Shown here: piece by piece, positions 13,242 to 26,250 of the stretch
Layout of the letters: each line of letters starts with the position of its first letter
How positions within the stretch are numbered: the first letter of the stretch is position 1
Source of the DNA: Eledone cirrhosa
Taxonomy: Eukaryota
Direction: 5' to 3'
Assembly (NCBI GenBank): GCA_964016885.1
Contig: OZ024747.1
Span: 12,276,001-12,340,000, forward strand
DNA length: 64,000 nucleotides
Notes under the pieces: model-generated
Told to the model about the DNA's origin: nothing
Databases searched by the model: none
What the model saw: only the letters and a program-made list of their open reading frames with translations
Position numbers and translations under genes: made by a program

Positions 13242-13869
13242 CCAGGTTTACTTGTCATATGTCTGTGTATTGCAGAGTTGTGCTATTAATAGACATACTA
13301 GCACAGCTAAATATTAATAAAAACAGATCAGATTTGATTTAATTACACGACACACCTAGAGATTATTAGCGACACATGAAAATGTCATGATATACAGTTT
13401 GAAAACCTCTGGGCTAGAGAAAGCTAATTTCAATAGAAGAGCAATAGTTTCTCTTAAAAAATCTTAGTAAATTTATTTTGTAAAAAAGAAATGGCATTTG
13501 ACTCAGCAATATCTCTATTTTAAAATGTACTTATAATCTGAGTGGTAAAGAAGTTCAATCCAACTACCTGACATCTTGAGCAAGTGTATTTATTGTAATA
13601 AACAAAGCCTTGTGAGTGAAATTTTGTAAACAGAAACTATGTGGAAGCCTTTCAGATGGACTGTACCAGTAATTCATAGAGCCAACCAACCATGTTATGT
13701 ATGATACAACGCTAATTCAACAAGTAAATGACGTTAAAGGTACATACATCTGTGAAATACTCATCCTTTAGATGTTAAGTTAACATGTCGGACATTTAGT
13801 TGATTTAACAACTGAATACACACACACACACATAAACAGAGAGTAAGAGAGAGAGATTGAATAATGCTT

Positions 13870-14075
13870 GCGTGATGTTGCATGGCAGTAAGACATGAGC
13901 AGGAAATGCAGAGAATATGTGAAGGCTGGAGAGAAATGAAGCAAGCATGTCCATTGTATATGCAATGTTATGAATAAACCAAGAGAAAAACTGACAATTT
14001 TGCTGCACACAGTCTGGTATGGACATGTGATGCATATGGATAATCATCATTAGGTGAAGAAATTCCAAGAAATCT
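13870..14075 (+). mobile_element. Old degenerate RTE LINE fragment
   Basis: atgttgcatggcagtaagacatg...ggctggagagaaatgaagcaagcatg...tggtatggacatgtgatgc parallels 14620-14830. Confidence 0.75.
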
Positions 14076-14174
14076 CAGCAAGAAGCAGCTGTAGTATAGA
14101 AAGAAAGACAGAGCTGGGCAGAATAGGTGAGAGCTGATCTCAAAATACTGAACCTCGGTCATTTAATACACATA

Positions 14175-14338
14175 CATTATATATATATATATATATAATA
14201 TATATATAATATATATAATATATATAATATATAATATATATAATATATATAATATATATTATATATAATATATATAATAATATATAATATATAATATATA
14301 TTATATATATAATAATATATAATATATATATATATAAC
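14175..14338. repeat. (TA)n/(TATAA)n microsatellite
   Basis: Pure A/T tract abutting the LINE 5' truncation point. Confidence 0.95.
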
Positions 14339-14339
14339 A

Positions 14340-15042
14340 GGTAGGGAGAAATATGTATGCAGTAGATGTACAGGGAAATTAGACAGTAGAAGTCGCACTG
14401 ATAGACACATTTTTCAAATGCAGGAGGGCGCTATAGAAGTGGTGGATAGCTTCCGGTACCTAGGAGATCAGATTAGCATGGGAGGAGGCTGTTCCGAGGC
14501 CATAGTATCTAGAATAAGGACGAGTTGGAAGAAGTTTAGGGAGCTGCTTCCTCTGTTGACGAAGAAGGGTTTCTCCCTGCGTACGAAAGGCCGGTTGTAT
14601 GATGCCTGTGTGAGTAGCGCGATGCTGCATGGTAGTGAGACATGGGCAGCAACTGCAGAAGATATGCGACGGCTGGAGAGAAATGAGGCAAGCATGCTCC
14701 GTTGGATGTGCAGTGTAAATGTGCGTGAACGACCCAGCATAAATGTGTTGAGAGAGAAACTGTGTCTGAGAGGGATAGAATGTAGTGTACGGGAGAGGAG
14801 ACTGAGGTGGTATGGACATGTGATGCGCATGGAGGATGACCGATGGGTGAAGAAGTGCCAGGAATTGCCAGTTGAAGGAAGACTGGTAGAGGTAGACCAC
14901 GAAAAACATGGGCGGAGGTGGTGAGAACAGACCTCAGATCATTGAAGCTCACGGTGGAGATGACAAGGGACTGTGACGAGTGGGGAGATGCTGTCCCACC
15001 CTTGCAAGCAGGGAAAAGCGGACGTAAAATGATGATGATGAT
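14340..15042 (+). mobile_element. 5'-truncated RTE-clade LINE (3' part of RT ORF, 3'UTR, (ATG)n tail)
   Basis: In frame KYVCSRC...EVVDSFRYLG...MLHGSETW...RLRWYGHVMR. After a frameshift near 14880 it continues GRGRPRKTWAEVV. Ends gcggacgtaaaatgatgatg. Confidence 0.92.
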
Positions 15043-15904
15043 ATATAACCCATACAAGTGTGGAAAAAAAGAGATTTTAAATGATGATGCTTATATATAT
15101 ACATATATAGTTTGAAAGAAAATACAGATTAGGATACAGTAGTTTGTTGTTTTTAGGCTCTATTTTAGGGAGTTGAAAGCTAAAATGGTGTCAACTGAGT
15201 TCTATAAGCATTCCTACTGTAGCAGTAATTAAGTCAAAGAGAAAAACTTCTAGTTTGACATTTCTCAGGCCCATTTAACGTTTTTAAATGTTAAGTTAGG
15301 GGATGCCATTTTTAACAGGGACCTATTTTTGTAGAGATAGGCTGGCTGGTTGAAAGGATGTTGGAAACTGAGAAGGAATACTGAATCAGTAGACAGACAA
15401 CAACCCCATTTCATTGTGTAATGAAAAACAAAATAAATAAATTAAATAAAATAATTTTTTTTTATTTTGCTGTTTGTCATGAGAATGTGGTTATGCTGGG
15501 GCACCACCTTAAAAGGATTTAGTTGCTCATATCAACCAGAGTACCTATTTCTTAAGTCTGGTACTTATTTTATCGAATTATATTTGACAAACCACAAAGT
15601 TACAGTATATAAGCACAGACACAGGGAAGAAGGTGTCATTCCCAAAGATAGAACCCCTAGGAGGTGAAATGGTTAATACAGAGAGTTGGTTATTCTCCAC
15701 AGCAGTGCTCTCACCATGTTATCTGCAAGGCACAACTGAGATAAACCTTCCAGCCAAGAACAGAGTTTGCTTCATACCCATTCCCCTACCCCCAATTTTT
15801 TTATTTTTGACATTCCGTTATATATATATATTGTTTTATAAAATTCTTAGTAAGGTACCAAACTAGATCTAATACAAGAGAGAGTTCACATAATATTGCA
15901 TTAT

Positions 15905-16250
15905 TTGGCAGTATCAGATAGAGGGTCCGACGCCATGCTTTGCAGCATAGAGTTATGGCTCTTTATGATCTTAGTTCAAATCCTGTAAAGGTTAACTTTG
16001 CCTTTCATCCTTACGGAGAGGGGGGGGGGGTCAATAAAATAAAGTACCAGTAATGCACTGGAATGATTGCTGGCCTTGTGCCAAAAGTAGAAACAATTAT
16101 TTGGCAGAATTGGTAGAGTCGTATTTGTGCCAGTTCTTTATGTTATGAGTTCAAATCCTGCCAAGGTCAAAATTGTTTTTCATCTTTCTGGATCAATAAA
16201 ATAAAGTACCAGTTATATAACTGGCCTTGTACTTAAATTAGAAATCATAT
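15905..16250 (+). mobile_element. Two tandem SINE family A copies
   Basis: A/B boxes and body motif present twice. Confidence 0.85.
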
Positions 16251-16439
16251 TATTGGCCTAAGACAATTGAAAGGTAAACTCAACAGCAAGCAGGATATGA
16301 ACTGAGAATAATATATGCAACTAAGTACTTCATTTGGTTCAGCACTTCCCAACTCTGCTAGCCACCCCACCACTAAACCACCCCTGTAAATGACCAATTA
16401 TCATAGGATGGTACCCAACAATTATATATGTACTATTAC

Positions 16440-16830
16440 TGAAGGAGGGGGAGGAAGAGGAGGAAGAGGAGGAAAGAGCGGGTGAAAAGGTACAGGTAAG
16501 ACAGGGGGGGGTAATGGGCAAAGACTAGAAAGAGATAGAGATATGCGAGAGAGAGAGAGAGGGGGGAGATAGGGAGAGAGGGGAGAGGGGGGAGAGAGGG
16601 CGAGGGGGGGAGGGGGGTAGAAAAAGGATACTAGAGAATAGGGTCAGATGAGGAAATGGGTAGAGAGGCAGAGAGAGAGGGAGAAGAGAGAGGAAGGGGA
16701 AGAGAGAGGAAGGGAGAGGAAGGGAGAGGAGAGGAAGGGAGGAGGGAGAAAGAGAGAGAGATAGGAGGAGGAGGAGAGAGAGAGAGGGGGTAGACAAGCT
16801 GTTACCAGGAGAAAGGGAGGAAGAGGAACA
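16440..16830. repeat. Polypurine (GA/GGA) tract
   Basis: Almost pure G/A on the plus strand. Confidence 0.9.
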
Positions 16831-17074
16831 ACTGACTTTAATATATATATATATATATATCTATATATATCATTATATATATCATTATATATATATATAT
16901 ATATATATATCATTATATATATCATTATATATATATATATATATATCTATATCATTACATTGAACCAAATTACCTTCAGTAAAGAGAATGTAGGAAGAAG
17001 AGGAGGGGGGGGGGGGGTATTACTATTTATAGTCTTTAGATTCCTTATGTTGGTTTATTTCTATATACTACTAT

Positions 17075-18210
17075 TGGTGGTGGTAGTGGTAGTGGTGGTA
17101 GTGGTAGTGGTAGTGGTGGTAGTGGTGGTAGTGGTAGTGGTAGTGGTGGTGGTAGTGGTGGTGGTGGTGGTAGTGGTGATAGTGATGGTAGTGGTGATAG
17201 TGATGGTAGTGGTGATAGTGATGGTAGTGGTGATAGTGATGGTAGTGGTGATAGTGATGGTAGTGGTGATAGTAGTGGTGGTGGTAGTGGTGGTGGTAGT
17301 GGTGGTAGTGGTGGTAGTGGTGGTGGTAGTGGTGGTGGTGGTGGTAGTGGTGGTGGTGGTGGTAGTGGTGATAGTGGTGGTAGTGGTGATAGTGATGGTA
17401 GTGGTGATAGTGATGGTAGTGGTGATAGTGATGGTAGTGGTGATAGTGATGGTAGTGGTGATAGTAGTGGTGGTGGTAGTGGTGGTGGTAGTGGTGGTAG
17501 TGGTGGTAGTGGTGGTGGTAGTGGTGGTGGTAGTGGTGGTAGTGGTGGTGGTGGTGGTAATAGTAGTTGTGGTGGTAATAGTAGTTGTGGTGGTAATAGT
17601 AGTTGTGGTGGTAATAGTTGTGGTGGTAATAGTTGTGGAGGTGGTAATAGTTGTGGAGGTGGTAATAGTTGTGGAGGTGGTAATAGTTGTGGTGGTGGTA
17701 ATAGTTGTGGTGGTGGTAATAGTTGTGGTGGTGGTAATAGTTGTGGAGGTGGTAATAGTTGTGGAGGTGGTAATAGTTGTGGTGGTGGTAATAGTTGTGG
17801 TGGTGGTAATAGTTGTGGAGGTGGTAATAGTTGTGGTGGTGGTAATAGTTGTGGTGGTGGTAATAGTTGTGGTGGTGGTAATAGTTGTGGAGGTGGTAAT
17901 AGTTGTGGAGGTGGTAATAGTTGTGGTGGTGGTAATAGTTGTGGTGGTGGTAATAGTTGTGGAGGTGGTAATAGTTGTGGAGGTGGTAATAGTTGTGGTG
18001 GTGGTAATAGTTGTGGTGGTGGTAATAGTTGTGGAGGTGGTAATAGTTGTGGTGGTGGTAATAGTTGTGGTGGTGGTAATAGTTGTGGTGGTGGTAATAG
18101 TTGTGGTGGTGGTAATAGTTGTGGTGGTGGTAATAGTTGTGGTGGTGGTAATAGTTGTGGTGGTAATAGTAGTAGTGGTGGTGGTAGAAGTAACAGTAGT
18201 GGTGGTGGTA
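17075..18210. repeat. (GGT/AGT)n-derived compound repeat grading into an 18-bp unit (GGTGGTAATAGTTGTGGW)
   Basis: Triplet periodicity; source of the poly-Val, Pro and His ORFs. Confidence 0.95.
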
Positions 18211-18889
18211 AGAAGGGAAGGGGGAAGTGGAGATACACCAGGTCACAGTTGTAAGTTTCTTTTCATGTTATTTACATATTTAACAACACCACCCTCTCAC
18301 CAGCCATAACATAGGTGCTGAGCTATGTATGCTGTCTAACATCACCTAGGGCTCTCCCACACATATGGTCCCCTACCTTCTCCCAACCCAGCTCCTGTTC
18401 CACAGTTATTTTAGCTTATTTATCATCTGTATTTCAACTAAACTGGGTTTCTTCCCTCAGAAGTCTTACTAATAATCAGGAGAAGGGGTTAACACAGATG
18501 TCCTCTATGCCAGTCTCCTATCATTTCATAGTTTGTTCTGCCTGTTCTAAAATCTAAATATATGAGATAGGTATCTTAAGTTATACTAGTTTCAGTGAAA
18601 GACTGCCAGCTGTGCTGGGGTACTGCTTTGATTTAGTTGATCAGCATTTCTTTTTTTCAAGTCTGCTACTTATTGATCTCTTCTTTTTGTTGAACCACCA
18701 AGTTACAAACACAATTCTAAACACAGACATAGCCCCACACACACATATCATCATCATCATCATCATCATCATTTAATGTGTGTTTGCCCTGCTGGCTATA
18801 TATATATATATATATATATATAACAAATGTAATATAGTAATGGCTTCTACAGGACTAGAACTGTTTTATTTGAAGGAAACATCTTCACA

Positions 18890-19152
18890 TTTCCGTCCAC
18901 AGAAAGTGGTCGTGTCACCGACAAGAAAAAGCACCCAATCCACACTATAAAGTGGTCATGTAGGAGACATGGTAAAAAGGCTCCCAGTCCACACTGTAAA
19001 TGTGGTTGGTGTTAGGAAGGGCATCCAGCCATAGAAAACCAGCCAGGTACAGTTCTGTATGAGCGAGACAGTCTCCCGACCAATCTCGCCTCAAGTGGAA
19101 CAAAACTGTCCAACCCATGCTAGCATGTTAAACGATGATGATGATGATGATG
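18890..19152 (+). mobile_element. SINE or non-autonomous element 3' part with RTE-derived segments
   Basis: ggttggtgttaggaagggcatccagcc...gtccaacccatgctagcatg...(GAT)n. Related pieces at about 10610, 27395-27510, 29130, 34430-34600, 50800-50945 and 59740-59905. Confidence 0.75.
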
Positions 19153-19215
19153 AAGGCAATGGTCAACACAAGGCTATAGTAGGAGACAGAGGAAGAGGAA
19201 AAACTAAAAATAACA

Positions 19216-19401
19216 TGGATGGAAGATGCAGTAGAGGAAGACCACGAAAAACATGGGCGGAGGTGGTGAGAGCGGACCTCAGATCGCTGAAACTTGCGGA
19301 TATGATGAAGGACCGAGACAAGTGGAGAGATGCTGTGCTGAATAGGACCCGTCCAACCCTTGCAAGCAGGGAAAAGCGGACGTAAAATGATGATGATGAT
19401 G
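19216..19401 (+). mobile_element. Short 3' end of the same RTE LINE family
   Basis: RGRPRKTWAEVVRADLRSLKL...DKWRDAV, with a tail matching 14995-15042. Confidence 0.9.
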
Positions 19402-19704
19402 GATAATATAATGGATTGAACAGACTTAAAATACTGTAAATGTATAAAAACAACACTAGAAAGACTAAGATACTATCCATTGCATTGAATTGAGATCAGA
19501 CAATGGTGATGGTATTGATGATAGTGATGATGATGATGATGATGATGATGGGGGACAGACTTAAAATACAGTAACAGTGAATGTATAAGGACAACATTAA
19601 AAACTGTAATCATGTCCATAATATTGACTGAGAGCAGATGAAAGACTGAAACGAAATAGGGAGTCATGATAATGAACTTGCTGAGAGCAAATGATATCTG
19701 ATGG

Positions 19705-19739
<35 letters not shown>

Positions 19740-20444
19740 TCATGACACTTCCGATCTAACCTCATGTCGTCTATGAGACCAAAATTCTCAGAACTGACAA
19801 GGAAAATCTTCCTTTAAAAAAATTAAAAACATTCAAAATTTTATTCATAAACTCTTGAATAAAATCCTTCCTTGGGTTGATCAATAACCAATACTGCCAT
19901 CTAATTAAAATCGGGAATGTAATTCCCCACCAAAGAATAAATATTGAGTGAATAAGGACCAAAGAGGAAATGAAACTGGCCCTTGAAATATTTATGGGTA
20001 GCCATGGAGTACTATAAAACTATGTGATGAAACTACAAGAAGCATATTTTCATTAACAATTTATTCAAATACAGAGTTCACAAAAAGTATTTTCCTTGGA
20101 ATGTAAACATTTAGGCGATAGTGTAAGAGTGAAACAGATATATCATACATACCCTTTACAGAAAAACAACAGCATACGATAGAGTACAAGACGTAGCCTT
20201 ATTGGCTGAGATATTAACTGACCTATTGACTGCCCAGCAGTGGATAAAATAGCTACTGTTGCAGTGAAAATCTGCAGCAAAATGATAGCTGTGAGTATCA
20301 TCTTTTATAGAAGAAAAAGCTCATGATAATATGTCTGCTCACTTTGCTGGAAATGACATGTTAATACACTAAATACATATGATATAGTTTCATAAAGTAA
20401 CAATACTGTTAAAGTACAATTTTACTACAACCTCAATAAAAATA

Positions 20445-20556
20445 CCCACCACCACCACCACCACCACACCCCACCACCACCACACACCACCACCACCACC
20501 ACCACACCCCACCACCACCACACACCACCACCACCACCACCACCCCACCACCACAC
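20445..20556. repeat. (CAC)n-like microsatellite
   Basis: Direct inspection. Confidence 0.9.
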
Positions 20557-20957
20557 TTTTTAACTCCTCTAAAATATCTTCAAACCAAACCTCAGTCTAA
20601 CAATTTCATTCTTTGTATACATAAGTTGAAGAATTTATTTAAATTCTGGCAACTTAGATAGAATCAACCAAGAGATATGAACAACATTTAGGTCAATTTA
20701 CTGCTGATGATGATGATGATGATGATTGTAACAGTGGTGATTGTGGTGGCGGTGGTCATGGTGGTGGAGATAGTGGTGATTGTGGTGGCGGTGGTGATGG
20801 TGGCGGAGACAGTGGCGGAGACAGTGGCGGTGGCGGAGACAGTGGCGGTGGTGGAGACAGTGGCGGTGGCGGAGACAGTGGCGGTGGTGGAGACAGTGGC
20901 GGTGGTGGAGACAGAAGATAGTAATTGTGGCAGTGAAGATGGTGATCATGGCGTTGA

Positions 20958-23900
20958 GGGTGATATTGGTAGTGAGGGGGGTGGTGATATTGGTAGTGAG
21001 GGTGATATTGGTAGTGAGGGTGGTGGTGATATTGGTAGTGAGGGTGGTGGTGATATTGGTAGTGAGGGTGGTGGTGATATTGGTAGTGAGGGTGGTGGTG
21101 ATATTGGTAGTGAGGGTGGTGGTGATATTGGTAGTGAGGGTGATGGTGATATTGGTAGTGAGGGGGGTGGTGATATTGGTAGTGATGGGGGTGGTGATAT
21201 TGGTAGTGAGGGTGGTGGTGATATTGGTAGTGAGGGTGGTGGTGATATTGGTAGTGAGGGTGGTGGTGATATTGGTAGTGAGGGGGGTGGTGATATTGGT
21301 AGTGATGGGGGTGGTGATATTGGTAGTGAGGGTGGTGGTGATATTGGTAGTGAGGGTGGTGGTGATATTGGTAGTGAGGGTGATGGTGATATTGGTAGTG
21401 AGGGGGGTGGTGATATTGGTAGTGATGGGGGTGGTGATATTGGTAGTGAGGGTGGTGGTGATATTGGTAGTGAGGGTGGTGGTGATATTGGTAGTGAGGG
21501 TGATGGTGATATTGGTAGTGAGGGTGGTGGTGATATTGGTAGTGAGGGGGATGGTGATATTGGTAGTGAGGGTGGTGGTGATATTGGTAGTGAGGGGGAT
21601 GGTGATATTGGTAGTGAGGGTGGTGGTGATATTGGTAGTGAGGGTGGTGGTGATATTGGTAGTGAGGGGGGTGGTGATATTGGTAGTGATGGGGGTGGTG
21701 ATATTGGTAGTGAGGGTGGTGGTGATATTGGTAGTGAGGGTGGTGGTGATATTGGTAGTGAGGGTGATGGTGATATTGGTAGTGAGGGTGGTGGTGATAT
21801 TGGTAGTGAGGGGGATGGTGATATTGGTAGTGAGGGTGGTGGTGATATTGGTAGTGAGGGGGATGGTGATATTGGTAGTGAGGGTGGTGGTGATATTGGT
21901 AGTGAGGGGGATGGTGATATTGGTAGTGAGGGTGGTGGTGATATTGGTAGTGAGGGTGGTGGTGATATTGGTAGTGAGGGTGGTGGTGATATTGGTAGTG
22001 AGGGTGGTGGTGATATTGGTAGTGAGGGGGGTGGTGATATTGGTAGTGAGGGTGGTGGTGATATTGGTAGTGAGGGTGGTGGTGATATTGGTAGTGAGGG
22101 GGATGGTGATATTGGTAGTGAGGGTGGTGGTGATATTGGTAGTGAGGGTGGTGGTGATATTGGTAGTGAGGGTGGTGGTGATATTGGTAGTGAGGGTGGT
22201 GGTGATATTGGTAGTGAGGGGGATGGTGATATTGGTAGTGAGGGGGATGGTGAAGATGGTAGTGAGGGTGGTGGTGATATTGGTAGTGAGGGTGGTGGTG
22301 ATATTGGTAGTGAGGGTGGTGGTGAAGATGGTAGTGAGGGGGGGGGGGGTGATATTGGTAGTGAGGGTGGTGGTGAAGATGGTAGTGAGGGTGGTGGTGA
22401 TATTGGTAGTGAGGGTGGTGGTGATATTGGTAGTGAGGGTGGTGGTGATATTGGTAGTGAGGGTGGTGGTGATATTGGTAGTGAGGGTGGTGGTGATATT
22501 GGTAGTGAGGGTGGTGGTGATATTGGTAGTGAGGGTGGTGGTGATATTGGTAGTGAGGGGGGTGGTGATATTGGTAGTGAGGGTGGTGGTGAAGATGGTA
22601 GTGAGGGTGGTGGTGATATTGGTAGTGAGGGTGGTGGTGATATTGGTAGTGAGGGTGGTGGTGATATTGGTAGTGAGGGTGGTGGTGATATTGGTAGTGA
22701 GGGTGGTGGTGATATTGGTAGTGATGGTGGTGGTGAAGATGGTAGTGAGGGTGGTGGTGATATTGGTAGTGAGGGTGGTGGTGATATTGGTAGTGAGGGT
22801 GGTGGTGATATTGGTAGTGATGGTGGTGGTGAAGATGGTAGTGAGGGTGGTGGTGATATTGGTAGTGAGGGTGGTGGTGATATTGGTAGTGAGGGTGGTG
22901 GTGATATTGGTAGTGAGGGTGGTGGTGATATTGGTAGTGAGGGTGGTGGTGAAGATGGTAGTGAGGGTGGTGGTGATATTGGTAGTGAGGGTGGTGGTGA
23001 TATTGGTAGTGAGGGTGGTGGTGATATTGGTAGTGAGGGTGGTGGTGATATTGGTAGTGAGGGTGGTGGTGATATTGGTAGTGATGGTGGTGGTGAAGAT
23101 GGTAGTGAGGGTGGTGGTGATATTGGTAGTGAGGGTGGTGGTGATATTGGTAGTGAGGGTGGTGGTGATATTGGTAGTGAGGGTGGTGGTGATATTGGTA
23201 GTGAGGGTGGTGGTGAAGATGGTAGTGAGGGTGGTGGTGAAGATGGTAGTGAGGGTGGTGGTGATATTGGTAGTGAGGGGGGGGTGATATTGGTAGTGAG
23301 GGTGGTGGTGATATTGGTAGTGAGGGTGGTGGTGATATTGGTAGTGAGGGTGGTGGTGATATTGGTAGTGAGGGTGGTGGTGATATTGGTAGTGAGGGTG
23401 GTGGTGATATTGGTAGTGAGGGTGGTGGTGATATTGGTAGTGAGGGTGGTGGTGATATTGGTAGTGAGGGTGGTGGTGATATTGGTAGTGAGGGTGGTGG
23501 TGATATTGGTAGTGATGGGGGTGGTGATATTGGTAGTGATGGGGGTGGTGATATTGGTAGTGAGGGTGGTGGTGATATTGGTAGTGAGGGTGGTGGTGAT
23601 ATTGGTAGTGAGGGTGGTGGTGATATTGGTAGTGAGGGTGGTGGTGATATTGGTAGTGAGGGTGGTGGTGATATTGGTAGTGAGGGTGATGGTGAAGATG
23701 GTAGTGAGGGTGGTGGTGATATTGGTAGTGAGGGGGGGGGGGGTGATATTGGTAGTGAGGGTGATGGTGAAGATGGTAGTGAGGGTGGTGGTGATATTGG
23801 TAGTGAGGGTGGTGGTGATATTGGTAGTGAGGGTGGTGGTGATATTGGTAGTGAGGGTGGTGGTGATATTGGTAGTGAGGGTGGTGGTGATATTGGTAGT

Positions 23901-24250
23901 GAGGGTGGTGGTGATATTGGTAGTGAGGGTGATGGTGAAGATGGTAGTGAGGGTGGTGGTGATATTGGTAGTGAGGGTGGTGGTGATATTGGTAGTGAGG
24001 GTGGTAGTGATATTGGTAGTGAGGGTGGTGGTGATATTGGTAGTGAGGGTGATGGTGAAGATGGTAGTGAGGGTGGTGGTGATATTGGTAGTGAGGGGGG
24101 GGTGATATTGGTAGTGAGGGTGATGGTGAAGATGGTAGTGAGGGTGGTGGTGATATTGGTAGTGAGGGTGGTGGTGATATTGGTAGTGATGGGGGTGGTG
24201 ATATTGGTAGTGATGGGGGTGGTGATATTGGTAGTGATGGTGGTAGTGAT
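20958..24250. repeat. 3.3-kb 24-bp minisatellite (GGTAGTGAGGGTGGTGGTGATATT), roughly 135 copies
   Basis: Homogeneous tandem array with few variants. Frame-breaking G-run indels at about 23280 and 24100. Confidence 0.97.
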
Positions 24251-24876
24251 ATTTGCTGTGATGGTGATATTGACAGAGATGGGAATATACAGTTTTACAG
24301 CTCACAACTACGTAGATTTAACTGGTTATCTATGAGGTATCACATAGGAAGTTTCTTGGGTATTTTAATAAGGTCTCCAGTTCTATTTTTGTTACAGCTC
24401 ATACCTATACAAGTTTATCTGGCATCCTAGGAGATATCTCATGGGAGGTTCTTTGATGATAGGGGACCCAGTCCTATCATGTAAAAATTTCCCCTGAACC
24501 AGATACCAGTCTATTGCTGGGGTTCACCAACTGCTGTAGGTAATCACCCACTCACTTCCACCCCAACTAAGTGGAAACAAAGTGAAGCATCTTGCTCAAG
24601 AACATATTGAGTTGCTTGGACCAGGAATCAAACCCATGACACTAACCACTAGGCCACCTGCTTTCCTCTAGTTTATACATATACACCCCTTACTCATTAA
24701 ATTTCTAAACCCGAAATAGCTGTACTCTTAAATAATTCTAGAAGATAAACAGTAGTAAAAACTATGATGAATAGGCTTCTATATGGTTGATCCCTCTTAT
24801 AGAAATAGCAACCAAATCTCCCTGAAATCACTGGCTTAAAAATGGAAGGAAACAGATTGAATATAATTTGCCGTTT

Positions 24877-25316
24877 GTGGATTGGCAGTATCGGTAGAGG
24901 GTCAGACACCATGCTTTCCAGCATAGTTACGTCCCTTAACGATCTGAGTTCAAATCCCGCCGAGGTTAACTTTGCCTTTCATCCTTACGGGGTCGATAAA
25001 ATAAAGTACCAGTAATAAAGTACTGGGTAATTGCTGGCCTTGTGCCAAAAAGTAGAAACAATTATAGTTATTATTATTATTATAGTTATTATTAGGGTGG
25101 TGGATTGGCAGTATCAGTAGAGGGTCAGACGCCATGTTTTGCAGCAAAGAGTTACAGCCCTTTATGGTTTGAGTTCAAATCCCGCTGAGGTTGACTTTGC
25201 CTTTCATCCTTATGGGGTCGATAAAATAAAGTACCAGTCACGCACTGGTGTCGATTTAATCGACTTTCCCCTCCCCCAAATTACTGGCCTTGTGCCTATA
25301 TAAGAAACCATTATTG
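24877..25316 (+). mobile_element. Two tandem SINE family A copies
   Basis: Complete copies separated by an (ATT)n tail. Confidence 0.92.
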
Positions 25317-25999
25317 TTACTGTAAATAATATGTTTAAATAAATACTTTTCAAGTTCTGAATATATATGAACAATCATAGCTTTGATCATAGGTCTGCTC
25401 AATCAGGACTAGCCTAGTGTTAAACAATAATCTGTAACAGGATTGTAAGGAGGGGAAAAAAAAAAAAAACAGTAAATTTGAAACAATAAATCTTTGTGAA
25501 ATATAATCTGTAAAATTTGAGGACAACAGAGGCCAGCTGCACACATTGGTAGAGGTCACTTTAGTAAAGAGCAAAAACAGGTTAGGTTTTTTGTTTTCAT
25601 TATATATATAGTAAAATGTAATTTGTTTGTGTGAAAGAGAGAAGGGGGTGTATTAGTGTTTTACAGAGATTCCAACTCTTAGAGAATATAATGTACTTGT
25701 ATATACATATATACATTGACCTTGTCAAAGAAGTTTTATTGTCAGCCGTGACCTTTAGCTAAGGAATCTTAAAACACAAGTAGAAATTCACCAAACCCAT
25801 CGACCCCCACAAATTACTCCACTCTCCTGTACTAAAACCTCTAAAACAAAACTATCATAGCAGACTAGAAAAATGAAGCTGATAATATTTAGAAAACTTC
25901 CATTTTTTTTCTTCTTATCTATCCATAGTCCCTATAGATGTACTGAAACTCACAACATTTTGACAGTTTATTTAACCCTTTCATTACCATATTTCTAAT

Positions 26000-26250
26000 G
26001 GAGGGGCATCATCACCTTAATGATATTTCAGTCTATCATGCCGGCCCAGATATTTATTTTTTTCAAGCCTGGTACTTACTTTATTGAACTGGTACTTACT
26101 TTATTGATCTCTTTTTGTGGAACTGCCAAGTTACGCAAACATAAATACAGACACACAAACACCGGCTTTGTGCAGTTTCTGTCCACTAAATTCCACTCAC
26201 AAGGCATTGGTCAACCCATGGCTATAAAAGACACTTGCCCAAGATGCAAC
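26000..26250 (-). mobile_element. Third SINE family (C), resembling octopus OR/OK-type SINEs
   Basis: aagcctggtactta...aaattccactcacaaggcattggtc...agacacttgcccaag. Related pieces at 1800-1870, 13550-13650, 15470-15620, 18590-18720, 60890-60960 and 61790-61930. Family name is recalled and uncertain. Confidence 0.65.

Noticed and set aside
16960-18309. Poly-Val, Pro-rich and His/Tyr-rich ORFs
   Set aside because: Translation of (GGT/AGT)n repeats.
19771-19962. 63-aa minus-strand ORF containing KGRFSL (cf. afadin EGRFVL)
   Set aside because: No other RA-domain similarity and no clear splice sites.
20707-24105. 1132-aa (GDIGSEGG)n ORF and the overlapping 786-aa and 1119-aa ORFs
   Set aside because: Products of a 24-bp minisatellite that is stop-free in several frames. 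G-run indels switch frames mid-array and there is no flanking domain or evident splice structure.
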